This document shows positions 1 through 8,092 of a stretch of DNA of 14,914 nucleotides, piece after piece. Under the pieces are notes generated by a model, which was not told where the DNA came from, ran no database searches, and worked only from the letters and a program-made list of their open reading frames with translations. The DNA lies in the NCBI GenBank assembly GCA_036522715.1, contig DATDFH010000170.1, positions 1 through 14,914 on the forward strand, given 5' to 3'. Position numbers and translations under genes: made by a program. The DNA comes from Verrucomicrobiia bacterium. GTDB taxonomy: Bacteria; Verrucomicrobiota; Verrucomicrobiia; Limisphaerales; JACQFS01. Each line of letters starts with the position of its first letter. Position 1 is the first letter of the stretch.

Positions 1-734
1 AGCGACGGTTCGTAAAGGCCGCGGTCGATGTTCACCGTGTGTTCGCTACCGTGCTCGACATACTTCAGCGCCTTCCCGTCGAAGCGGCAGCGCACGACGG
101 TCGTGAAGTATTGCTTCGCTTTGATCTCCTTCGCGTAGATCGGCAAGAGAATGTCGCCGTTGTCGAGATCGACGCGCTGGGTGCTGCCTGCGCCGGCGCA
201 GGCGAACTTCGGTTCGTCCGGCATCTTCATCCGCGCCCACGAAGTCCACGTTAACGCCTTCGGGTCATACGCCGACCACACTGTGTCGCGCGGGCGGACG
301 GCCATGAGGACATCGTTCGAGTAGAAGACAGTGTGGCCGGTGGCGAGCAGCGTGCCGGAGCGCGCGTGCCACTTGGGCGTGAAGTCGCAGATGCCCTCCT
401 CGACCTTCGGCCCTCGCGGGTGGCGGCCGAGCGTGTTGGTGTGCGTGACCACCGGCGACCACGTGCGGCCGAGGTCGGGCGAGACCAGCGAGGCGATGGG
501 GTAAAACACATCGCTGCGCGCGACGTTCCATCGCTGCATCGTGAGCACGACAGTCGGCATCGGTCCGGGAATCGCCCCCGCGCGCGGATGGAACCAGCAC
601 AGTTTCCCGTCGAAGTCATCGTTCACGACGTCGAGCTGCACGCGGTAGGCAACAGGTTTGACAACTTTGTCTGCCGCGAAGGCGCTGGCGCACGCGAGAA
701 GAAGCAAGGCGGGGACAAGCGAGAAGGATTTCAT
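1..734 (-). CDS. Secreted BNR/Asp-box repeat protein (sialidase-like beta-propeller glycosyl hydrolase). Partial: the 3' end runs off the window start.
   Basis: Not in the ORF track because it has no stop inside the window. Hand translation of the reverse complement from ATG at 734 runs open to position 1. It begins MKSFSLVPALLLLACASAFAADKVV, a classic signal peptide. It contains a canonical Asp-box SPDLGRTW (S-x-D-x-G-x-T-W). A different frame from the track's 251..619 ORF. Confidence 0.7.
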   Translation of the reverse strand, partial: MKSFSLVPALLLLACASAFAADKVVKPVAYRVQLDVVNDDFDGKLCWFHPRAGAIPGPMPTVVLTMQRWNVARSDVFYPIASLVSPDLGRTWSPVVTHTNTLGRHPRGPKVEEGICDFTPKWHARSGTLLATGHTVFYSNDVLMAVRPRDTVWSAYDPKALTWTSWARMKMPDEPKFACAGAGSTQRVDLDNGDILLPIYAKEIKAKQYFTTVVRCRFDGKALKYVEHGSEHTVNIDRGLYEPS

Positions 735-773
735 GGGCGGCATGGAACTCAGACGCGGACCAACCGGCCGGCT

Positions 774-1442
774 TCAATACCACTTCGAGGTTACCGCCGG
801 CGGTTTGTGGTTCGCGAAATGATCGAGGACCTGCGCCGGCCGCTCGGCGACGTGGTAGAAATGCCGGTACTCCGCCTTGGTGAAGTTGTGCGCGTAAAGC
901 TGCTCGAAGAGTTCCAGCAGCGGATTGAAGAACCCGTCCACATTGAGGAACGCGATGGGTTTCTGGTGCGTCTGGAGCTGGCGCAACGTGAGCACTTCGA
1001 GGATTTCCTCCAGCGTGCCGAAGCCGCCGGGCAGCGCCACGAACGCATCGGCGCGCGCCTCCATGATTGCCTTTCGCTCGCGCAAGTCCTTCGTGACGAT
1101 CAACTCGTCGGCGGCTTCGTAGGCGATCTCCTTCTTGCGCATGAACTGCGGGATCACTCCGATCACGCGTCCGCCATGCTGGTGAACCGCGCGCGCCACG
1201 GCGCCCATCAAGCCGACATTGCCTCCGCCGTAAACCAGCACGATGCCGCGTTGCGCGAGCAATCTGCCAAACTCCTCCGCCGCGGCGAAATATTTTGGCG
1301 CGACCGCGTTGCTCGACGAACTGTAAACGCAGATGGCTTTGAGCACGGCGCAGTGTGCGAACAACGAAAACGGCGCGGCAAGTCGCAACTCGCCGCGCAG
1401 GTTGTTTGTTGGAGGGGGACGCCAGACGGACGAGTTCAGCAT
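774..1442 (-). CDS. LOG-family protein (cytokinin riboside 5'-monophosphate phosphoribohydrolase / TIGR00730 lysine-decarboxylase-like).
   Basis: Contains the LOG signature PGGFGTLEE and the Rossmann-like GGGNVGLMGAVA. The ATG at 1442 overlaps the upstream gene's TGA (ATGCTGA), implying translational coupling and supporting this start despite a ~35 aa N-terminal extension relative to typical LOG proteins. Confidence 0.85.
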   Translation of the reverse strand: MLNSSVWRPPPTNNLRGELRLAAPFSLFAHCAVLKAICVYSSSSNAVAPKYFAAAEEFGRLLAQRGIVLVYGGGNVGLMGAVARAVHQHGGRVIGVIPQFMRKKEIAYEAADELIVTKDLRERKAIMEARADAFVALPGGFGTLEEILEVLTLRQLQTHQKPIAFLNVDGFFNPLLELFEQLYAHNFTKAEYRHFYHVAERPAQVLDHFANHKPPAVTSKWY

Positions 1443-1888
1443 CCGTCCGGACGGACGTCCGCCGTCGAACCGTTGCGTTTCAACTTCGACAGCAATTCTT
1501 CCGGCTCGTCCGTGCCGAGGGCAAAACGCCTGCCGTTGCTCAGCGTGATGGCGACGGCGTCGAAGCCCGAGACGTTGTAGAGCCAGCCGAAGCGGCTCAG
1601 GTGGATGCCCCAGCCCTCAAGGAAGTTCGTGCGCACGACGCAAATCGAGGCGATGTCGGCCAACGCGATGCGCTTGCGGATCAGGCCCGGACCAAAACGC
1701 CAGTGCAGTTCGCTGCCAGTGATTTCGATGGTGAGCGAGTGAAAGAGCCACGCGGCCAGGACGAGAATCGGCACAGCAATGAGCAGTGGCTTGGTGGCAA
1801 ACCAGCCGAGCAGGGACATGCCGGCGGCCAGTCCGAGCATTGCGACGAGGATGAATGTGCCGCGTTGGGTGTGTTCGTAGGATTTCAT
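1436..1888 (-). CDS. Small membrane protein with two N-terminal TM helices followed by a bacterial PH-like (bPH_2/YdbS-like) domain.
   Basis: ATG start at 1888. There are two hydrophobic helices (FILVAMLGLAAGMSLLGWF and LLIAVPILVLAAWLF) followed by a ~90 aa soluble domain. This architecture is typical of DUF304/bPH_2 proteins. The call rests on the architecture only. Confidence 0.55.
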   Translation of the reverse strand: MKSYEHTQRGTFILVAMLGLAAGMSLLGWFATKPLLIAVPILVLAAWLFHSLTIEITGSELHWRFGPGLIRKRIALADIASICVVRTNFLEGWGIHLSRFGWLYNVSGFDAVAITLSNGRRFALGTDEPEELLSKLKRNGSTADVRPDGC

Positions 1889-1903
1889 GATTCAGGTTGG
1901 GTT

Positions 1904-1932
1904 GGGAGCGGCTGCACGAGGCAGCCGCTCCC
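1904..1932 (-). terminator. Perfect 12-bp GC-rich hairpin (GGGAGCGGCTGC-ACGAG-GCAGCCGCTCCC) between the SPFH gene stop and the PH-membrane gene start. Putative intrinsic terminator or attenuator.
   Basis: Read directly from the sequence. It is a 12-bp perfect inverted repeat with a 5-nt loop. A T-rich tract (GTTTGCACTTTGGTT) follows on the plus strand, but no U-tract follows in the minus-strand transcript direction. Confidence 0.4.
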
Positions 1933-1949
1933 GTTTGCACTTTGGTTCA

Positions 1950-3320
1950 TTACCGTTGTGCCGCCGTGGGCACTGGCATCTGGAACAGGATGTTCGGCCC
2001 GGCCGCGCCGCCGCCGCCAAGCCACCATTGCGGGAAGCGGCCGTCCCACTTCTCCACGCGCGCCTTCTCGACTTCGAGCGTCTTGAGCTGGAGCAGCAGC
2101 GGATTGTTCGCGGCCTCCTGCGAGGCTTTGTTCACCTCGCGGATCGCCTCGGCCTCGGCCTGCGCGGCGGTCTTGCGCGCGTCGGCCTGGCCTTGTGCTT
2201 CGCGGCGCGCCTTTTCGGCCGTGGCGTTGGCTTCGAGTTCGATGCGTTCGTTTTCCTTCCGCTGCGCGTCGAACTTCGCTTCGGACACGACCTTGAGTTG
2301 TTGCGCGATGAACGTCTCGTCGATCGATTTCTGGATCGCCGGGTTCTCGTAGGTCATGCCGCCGAACATCCCGACGGTCGTGACGGTCACGCCGCGCGTT
2401 GCGAAGAACGCGGTCACGTCCTGCTTCACCTCGTCCACGATTTCCTGTTTGCGCGAGCGCAACTGGTCGAGCGGATATTTCGCCGCGACTTCGGCCGCGA
2501 CCTGCTGGATGCGGCCGCGCACCTCGTTGTCCATCACGTTCGCGAGCGAGCCGCTCGGATACCAGTAGAGGAATTTCGCCGCGTCCTCCTCCGAGATGAA
2601 GGCGGTGCAGGTGAATCCCATGCTGAACCCGACGCTGTCGGCGCTCTCGATCCAGATCGCCTTGTCGCTCGCGCCGCCGCGGTTCAACTGGCCGACGGAC
2701 TGCGGGCCTTGCGGCGTGGTCCATTCGCGCGTGAGCGGCGAGCGGTTCACCTTCACCAGGCGCACAGTCGGAATCCACCGGCCCGTGTATTCGAGCCGGC
2801 CTTCCTGCGACCAGCGATGCAGAATCTGCACGCGCTTGGCCGCGACCTTGCGCTGGAGGAGATAATCCTCGGACTGGAACTTCGCCTGTTGGCCGGTGTC
2901 GCCTTCGAGCGGGATGAGGAAGCCGGTCTCCGAAGTGTCGATCTCGACGAACTCCGGCTTGTCATACGGCTTGATGCAGCCCGTGAGCAACAACGCGGGC
3001 AACAGCGCGAGCACGGCGGTCTTTGCCGCGTTCCGCGCCTGACTGCGCCGCTGCCACTGCGCGGCGATCCAACTTGCGCCGCGTTTCAACCACGGCGCGA
3101 AGCACACCCACGCCGCGAGCAACGTGAGTGCGCCCGCCGCGAGATGCGCCGCGTCCTTGAGCGACTCGAATGTGCGCAACTGCGCCGCAGCGGCGTTTCC
3201 GCCGTTGAGTTGTTGCACGGCCAGCGCGGAGGCAATGCCAGGCTGGCGCGCGTTGAGCCACACGGTTTCCGCCGTCCACACGGCGCCGACGATCAATCCA
3301 AACACAATGATGCGTTTCAT
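1950..3320 (-). CDS. SPFH/band-7 (stomatin/prohibitin-like) membrane protein with a C-terminal coiled-coil.
   Basis: The track ORF extends to 3374, but that start is a TTG. The ATG at 3320 (MKRIIVFGLIVGAVW...) gives an N-terminal TM helix typical of SPFH proteins. The central part shows SPFH-like conservation. The C-terminus has an Ala/Glu/Lys/Arg-rich coiled-coil (AKFDAQRKENERIELEANATAEKARREAQGQADARK...). Confidence 0.75.
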   Translation of the reverse strand: MKRIIVFGLIVGAVWTAETVWLNARQPGIASALAVQQLNGGNAAAAQLRTFESLKDAAHLAAGALTLLAAWVCFAPWLKRGASWIAAQWQRRSQARNAAKTAVLALLPALLLTGCIKPYDKPEFVEIDTSETGFLIPLEGDTGQQAKFQSEDYLLQRKVAAKRVQILHRWSQEGRLEYTGRWIPTVRLVKVNRSPLTREWTTPQGPQSVGQLNRGGASDKAIWIESADSVGFSMGFTCTAFISEEDAAKFLYWYPSGSLANVMDNEVRGRIQQVAAEVAAKYPLDQLRSRKQEIVDEVKQDVTAFFATRGVTVTTVGMFGGMTYENPAIQKSIDETFIAQQLKVVSEAKFDAQRKENERIELEANATAEKARREAQGQADARKTAAQAEAEAIREVNKASQEAANNPLLLQLKTLEVEKARVEKWDGRFPQWWLGGGGAAGPNILFQMPVPTAAQR

Positions 3321-3698
3321 AACCAACACCCACGATGTGCGCGCGCCCGCGCGCCGCCGCTGACGCGAGGTCAACTTCGGCCACGACGAGGCAACGGCGC
3401 GACGGAGCGCACGCGTTGTTGTGACGGGGTGATCAGATGGTGTCCCGACATCGGGACCCTAGAGGATCGCCCTTCCAATTGCCTGCGAGGTTAGCTGACG
3501 GGCTTGGTCCTGGAAGTGACCTTGGCGATGGTTGCCCACCGCCGTTCGCCCCGTCCGGAAACTCATTCCGGAATCTGGATCCCCCGCGCCGGCTTGTAGG
3601 AAGGCAAACCGGCTTCGGCTGCTACTTCAGACGGGATAGCGAATCGCATGAAATGCCGGCGTTGTCAAATGGGCGGTGGAAACACCAGCAAACAAGGG

Positions 3699-4001
3699 CT
3701 AACGGGCTGCTTTGTCGAATTCGTCGAGCGGCGAACTTGTGATCGCACCGCGGTCATCAAACACGTTGAGGAAGAAAGTCAGTGGGCGTTCCTTGGATAA
3801 CGCGGCGCGGATTTGGTTGCCGGAATTCCCGGCCGGCACGGCCCGCCACTTGCGTTTCTCGTAGGAACGGGAGCACTGGCGAAGCAAAGCTCGCCGCGAG
3901 CGATGGGCAGGGAGGTTTTTGAACGGCGCGCCTACGGTGGCGCCGCTGCTGGTCATTTCGCCGACGCTCGCGAGCGAGATACGAAAGTGAGGCAGGCTCA
4001 C
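3699..4001 (-). CDS. Hypothetical small protein. Doubtful: GTG start and Arg-rich.
   Basis: It is the only ORF of size in a ~400-bp gap and lies on the same strand as its neighbours. The start is a GTG and the composition is partly GC-frame-like. It could be non-coding. Confidence 0.2.
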   Translation of the reverse strand: MSLPHFRISLASVGEMTSSGATVGAPFKNLPAHRSRRALLRQCSRSYEKRKWRAVPAGNSGNQIRAALSKERPLTFFLNVFDDRGAITSSPLDEFDKAAR

Positions 4002-4097
4002 GGTCGCCGCCTTTTCCGAAGCAGGACCGACAGCGTGTCCGCGCTTGGATCTCGATCCGCTCGTGGTCGAATTTTGTGAGCGTGGAGCAGCCGTCGC

Positions 4098-5582
4098 TTA
4101 CTGGCGTCCGGTGCGATGCAGCGGCACGAACGTGTGGTCGAACACGTAATCGCCCACATGGCGTCCGAGAACGATGCTCTCCGTTTTGTCGAAGGACCAG
4201 TGGATGCCGAGATAGATGCGGCTCTGGCCATTCTCTTCCTCCGCTGCGGAAAGCGACGGGAAACTGCGCGGGATCAGCGGGCGCACATTGCCGTGATTGT
4301 CGCGCGTGACGCCGTTGAACTCGTCCGAGACGAACGTGAATGGAATGTCGTCAGTCCCGTAAAAACGGCGCAGGACCTGAAAGAGTGCGGCGCCGAATCC
4401 GGCATGGCCCGACGGATACGCCGGGAAAGGCGGAGTGAAGTTCGGCCCCGTTAGATTGCTGGCCGGGGCGCCGAGCGGTGAGAAGGTCGGATCGCCGGCA
4501 GTGTTGGCATTCCCGTCGCCCGTTCCGGTCGGGCCGGTGCCTGGATCGGATTCGCGGATGCCGGTGATCGGGCGCCAGAAATCATAGAAATACTTCGACT
4601 CCCAAATCGCTATGCCGGCGTCGGCCATCGCGACGTTGATCAAGGCCAGGAGCCGCGCCAGTTCGAGATCGCTTGAGCCCATCTGGTCGGCGATGTGAAC
4701 GGCGATCTGGTTATACAATCGCGGCGGGGCGCAAAGGCTGGGAGTTCCGTCGTAGGCCCAAAAGATGCCGGCGTGGGTCTGGTCTGGCGTGCGAAGCGTC
4801 GGCGTCACCACACCGTCGCCGCCCAAGGCCTTCACTTCGTTGTAAGCCGCGGTGTATTGCGGGCTGTTCATCGCGGGCGGAGGCGGAACGCGGAACTGGC
4901 TGCCTGAACTCAGAACGAACGGGAGGCATTCGCCCCAATGCGCGCCCAGAGCCAGCGGAATTTGGCTGATGGGATCCTTACGCCAATGGCCGGCCAGGTT
5001 GCTCGTGATGTACCCCTCGCCGACGCGAGGTTCGGGGATTTCCGAGCCGTCGTTGGCTTTGAAAACAAGGATTGCGAGGGCGGCCTGCCTGCCCAACGCG
5101 ATCCCGACCGCCTTCGCGTTCTTGTTGTTGACCTCGGAAAGGTCTTCGGCCAACCGCGCGTCGAAACTCGCGGCCTGCGAAGGAAAGAGCGCCGCGAGCG
5201 TGTCATGCGCCGCCTGACTGATGGCGGCCTGCATCGAGAGCGGGCCGGAAGGCGCTCGCAGGCCCGCGTAGCTGGTGTATCCGCCGACCGCCGCGTTCAC
5301 TGTGTCGAAGATCGCGATGTGGACGATGGCCATCGCCCGGCTGGCGCGGCCCGGCCCGAGCTGTTCGCGGGCATTTGCGTGGTCGAAACCGCTGGCGTCG
5401 ATCGCGATTTGATTCCAGCGGCGGACCGAATCGAGACCTTTGCGCGGCCCTTGGCGCGGACTGGCGTCCAGATTTGGGGCGGCCTTGTAGAGCGGGCCGA
5501 AAGTCGCATTGAGTTCGTTGGCAGCCTGGCCCGCGAAGGCGGAGAGAGCCAGGGTGAGTGCGAGCGTGCAGGATGATTTCAT
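4098..5582 (-). CDS. Secreted PAP2-superfamily protein, vanadium-dependent haloperoxidase-like / acid-phosphatase-related.
   Basis: Signal peptide MKSSCTLALTLALSAFAGQA. All three PAP2/V-HPO active-site motifs are present in order: K-x6-RP (KYFYDFWRP), PSGH (AYPSGHAGFG) and SR-x5-H-x3-D (SRIYLGIHWSFD). A ~300 aa N-terminal domain is consistent with the V-HPO two-domain architecture. Confidence 0.75.
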   Translation of the reverse strand: MKSSCTLALTLALSAFAGQAANELNATFGPLYKAAPNLDASPRQGPRKGLDSVRRWNQIAIDASGFDHANAREQLGPGRASRAMAIVHIAIFDTVNAAVGGYTSYAGLRAPSGPLSMQAAISQAAHDTLAALFPSQAASFDARLAEDLSEVNNKNAKAVGIALGRQAALAILVFKANDGSEIPEPRVGEGYITSNLAGHWRKDPISQIPLALGAHWGECLPFVLSSGSQFRVPPPPAMNSPQYTAAYNEVKALGGDGVVTPTLRTPDQTHAGIFWAYDGTPSLCAPPRLYNQIAVHIADQMGSSDLELARLLALINVAMADAGIAIWESKYFYDFWRPITGIRESDPGTGPTGTGDGNANTAGDPTFSPLGAPASNLTGPNFTPPFPAYPSGHAGFGAALFQVLRRFYGTDDIPFTFVSDEFNGVTRDNHGNVRPLIPRSFPSLSAAEEENGQSRIYLGIHWSFDKTESIVLGRHVGDYVFDHTFVPLHRTGRQ

Positions 5583-5869
5583 GGGCGCTGTTCGGTTGGG
5601 TCGTTAAACGGCATATGCGTTCATACTGGCGGAAGCCCGTGGCAGGGCGGGTTTGACGGCGACGCTACTGAAGACGGGCAGGGTAATCAATCCCAGAGTT
5701 TGCCAACGGCTGACAGCCGGCCTCACAATTGAGAGGAAGTCAGTCCATCTCCCACGCTTTGCAAACGCACGTCGCCCCGGCTCTTCGCCGTCGCGAGTCA
5801 TTGACGCCGGGGACGGCGCGCTCATAATCGAGTCACGGTTCAAAGAATCTCTGCTCGAAACTGCCTCGC
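5583..5869. promoter_or_regulatory. Divergent intergenic promoter region between the V-HPO-like gene and rhaEW. It contains a 7-bp inverted repeat CCCCGGC(5775-5781)/GCCGGGG(5806-5812).
   Basis: A 287-bp non-coding gap separates divergently oriented genes. The inverted repeat was read from the sequence. No regulator gene is present in the window. Confidence 0.3.
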
Positions 5870-8062
5870 ATGAAAACCTACCACTTCGTCAACAACCTCT
5901 GGAAGGACGCCGAGTTCGCCAAGCTCTCCAGCGTGGACCGCCTCGTGTATCGCTCGAACAAACTCGGCGCCGACCAGCGCATCACCAACACCGGCGGCGG
6001 AAACACTTCCTCGAAGCTCATGGAGAAGGATCCGCTCACCGGCGATCCGGTTGAGGTGCTGTGGGTGAAAGGCTCCGGCGGCGACTTGCGCACGAGCACG
6101 CGTGAGAATTTTTCTTCGCTCTATCAGTCGCGGCTCATCGGCCTCCAAAAGATTTACGCCGCGCGCAAAGACAAGGGCCTTAAGTCGCAGGCCGAGGACG
6201 ACATGGTCGCGGCCTACAATCACACCACGTTCAACCTCAACCCGCGCGCCTCGTCCATCGACACGCCGTTGCACAGCTTCATCGCGGCGAAGCAGGTGGA
6301 CCACATGCATCCCAACGCGATCATTTCCATTGCCGCCTCCGCGCGCTGCGTCGAGCTGACCAAGGAAATCTTCGGCGGCGAAATGGAATACGTGCCGTGG
6401 ATGCGTCCCGGTTTCGAGCTGGGCCTGGCGATGCAGGACATCTGCGCCAAGAACCCGAAGGCCACGGGCATCATGATGGGCCAGCACGGCTTCATCTCGT
6501 GGGCCGATGACGACAAGGAATGCTATCTACGCACGCTCGACTACATCGAGAAGGCGTCGGCTTACATCGAGAAGCAGTATCAGGCGAAGGGCGGCGACAA
6601 GGCGGCGTTCGGCGGCGCGAAGTTCAAGTCGCTCTTGCAGGAGAAACGCAACGAGGTCTTCGCCGCCATTCTTCCGTGGCTGCGCGGCCAGGTTTCGCAG
6701 CAGAAGCGTTTCATCGGCACAGTGCAGGACGATGAGAAGATTCTCCGCTTCGTGAACTCGAAGGATGTGCCGCGCCTCGCAGAGTTGGGCACGAGTTGTC
6801 CCGATCATTTTCTCCGCACGAAGATCAAGCCGCTCTACGTGGATTGGAACCCGCAGTCCGAGGACATCGCCGCGCTCAAATCGAAACTCGGCGTGGGGCT
6901 GGAAGCGTATCGCAAGGACTACGCGGCGTATTACAAGAAGTGCAGGCACGCCAACTCGCCCGCGATGCGCGACCCGAATCCGACGGTCATCCTGATCCCC
7001 GGCTGCGGCATGATCGCGTGGGGCAAGGACAAGAGCGAGTCGCGCGTCACCGCCGAGTTCTATAACTGCGCCGTCGAGGTCATGCGCGGCGCGGAGGCCA
7101 TCGACAAGTACATCGCACTGCCGCAGCAGGAGGCGTTCGACATCGAGTATTGGCTGCTCGAAGAGGCGAAGCTCAAGCGCATGCCCGCCGAGAAGGAACT
7201 TGCGCGGCAGATCGTCATCGTCGTCGGCGCCGGCAGCGGCATCGGTAAGGAAGTGGCGCACCGGTTGGTGAAGGATGGCGCGCACATCGTCTGCGTCGAC
7301 CTCAAGCTCGACGCCGCACAGGCCACCGCGAAGGAGATCACCGACAAATACGGCGCCGGCATCGGCGTGGCGGGCAGCGGCATTTCCAATTGCGGCGTCG
7401 CCATCGGCCTCGCGTGCGATATCACCAAGCGCGACAGCGTGCGCGGAATGCTCGACCAGGTGGCGCTCGCGTACGGCGGCTTCGATTCCATCGTCGTGAC
7501 TGCCGGCATCTTCGTCGCACCGGACACGACCGGACGCATTCCCGACGACAAGTGGTCGCTGACTTTCGCCATCAACGTGATGGGTTCCTACCTCGTGGCC
7601 GACGAGGCGAAGAAGAACTGGCTCGAACAAGGATTGCCCGGCAGCCTCGTGCTGACCACCAGCGCCAACGCCGTCGTAGCGAAGAAAGGTTCCGTCGCCT
7701 ACGACACCTCGAAGGCTGCGGCGAATCATCTCGTCGGCGAACTCGCCGTGGAACTCGCGCCCCTCATCCGCGTCAACGGCGTCGCACCGGCGACCGTGGT
7801 GCAAGGCTCGGCGATGTTCCCGCGCGATCGCGTCGTCGCCAGTCTAGCCAAATACGGCATTGCCTACAAAGACAGTGAATCCAGCGACGCGCTGACCGAG
7901 CGGCTCGCCAGGTTTTACGCGGACCGCACGCTGACGAAGAATCCCATCACGCCCGCCGACCAGGCTGAAGGTTTCTTCCTGCTGGTTTCAAACCGCCTCG
8001 CCAAGACGACCGGCCACATCATCCCAGTGGATGGGGGATTGAGCGACGCGTTCCTGCGGTGA
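5870..8062 (+). CDS. rhaEW: Bifunctional L-rhamnulose-1-phosphate aldolase / short-chain dehydrogenase (lactaldehyde dehydrogenase), RhaEW/YuxG-type.
   Basis: 730 aa. The N-terminal ~440 aa has a class II aldolase/adducin-like domain. The C-terminal ~250 aa has an SDR domain with glycine-rich NAD(P) motif VVGAGSGIGKEVA and catalytic Y-x3-K (YDTSKAAANH). Length and domain order match TIGR02632-type fusion enzymes. Confidence 0.85.
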   Translation: MKTYHFVNNLWKDAEFAKLSSVDRLVYRSNKLGADQRITNTGGGNTSSKLMEKDPLTGDPVEVLWVKGSGGDLRTSTRENFSSLYQSRLIGLQKIYAARKDKGLKSQAEDDMVAAYNHTTFNLNPRASSIDTPLHSFIAAKQVDHMHPNAIISIAASARCVELTKEIFGGEMEYVPWMRPGFELGLAMQDICAKNPKATGIMMGQHGFISWADDDKECYLRTLDYIEKASAYIEKQYQAKGGDKAAFGGAKFKSLLQEKRNEVFAAILPWLRGQVSQQKRFIGTVQDDEKILRFVNSKDVPRLAELGTSCPDHFLRTKIKPLYVDWNPQSEDIAALKSKLGVGLEAYRKDYAAYYKKCRHANSPAMRDPNPTVILIPGCGMIAWGKDKSESRVTAEFYNCAVEVMRGAEAIDKYIALPQQEAFDIEYWLLEEAKLKRMPAEKELARQIVIVVGAGSGIGKEVAHRLVKDGAHIVCVDLKLDAAQATAKEITDKYGAGIGVAGSGISNCGVAIGLACDITKRDSVRGMLDQVALAYGGFDSIVVTAGIFVAPDTTGRIPDDKWSLTFAINVMGSYLVADEAKKNWLEQGLPGSLVLTTSANAVVAKKGSVAYDTSKAAANHLVGELAVELAPLIRVNGVAPATVVQGSAMFPRDRVVASLAKYGIAYKDSESSDALTERLARFYADRTLTKNPITPADQAEGFFLLVSNRLAKTTGHIIPVDGGLSDAFLR

Positions 8063-8092
8063 TCGAAGGGCCGACTGGCCGGTGAAACTCCG

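Noticed and set aside
333-1580. 415 aa plus-strand ORF
   Set aside because: It is antisense to the BNR and LOG genes. Arg/Gly/Ala-rich low-complexity translation is typical of an off-frame ORF in high-GC DNA, and no family-like motifs are present.
2981-3060. Internal lipobox-like motif LLTGC about 100 aa into the SPFH protein, suggesting two genes (small membrane protein plus lipoprotein)
   Set aside because: No in-frame stop and no plausible start or positively charged n-region lies immediately upstream. It is more simply the third N-terminal TM segment of one protein.
3321-3374. TTG-initiated N-terminal extension of the SPFH ORF (track start 3374)
   Set aside because: The added peptide MTSRQRRRAGARTSWVLV is Arg-rich with no features. 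The in-frame ATG at 3320 gives a canonical N-terminal TM helix.
1887-3494. 535 aa plus-strand ORF and the nested 1897..2352 ORF
   Set aside because: It is antisense to the SPFH gene and has Arg/Leu-rich junk composition. The minus-strand reading has a clear SPFH/coiled-coil signature.
3813-4231. Plus-strand ORF 3813..4079 and minus-strand ORF 3998..4231 in the gap before the V-HPO-like gene
   Set aside because: They are Arg-rich and unconvincing. The region is probably non-coding 3'-UTR or terminator space; a GGATC-TC-GATCC mini-palindrome is present but weak.
6527-7804. 425 aa minus-strand ORF, plus ORFs at 5840..6487 and 7060..7575
   Set aside because: They are antisense shadows of rhaEW with Arg/Ala/Gly-rich composition, while the plus-strand gene has unmistakable aldolase plus SDR motifs.
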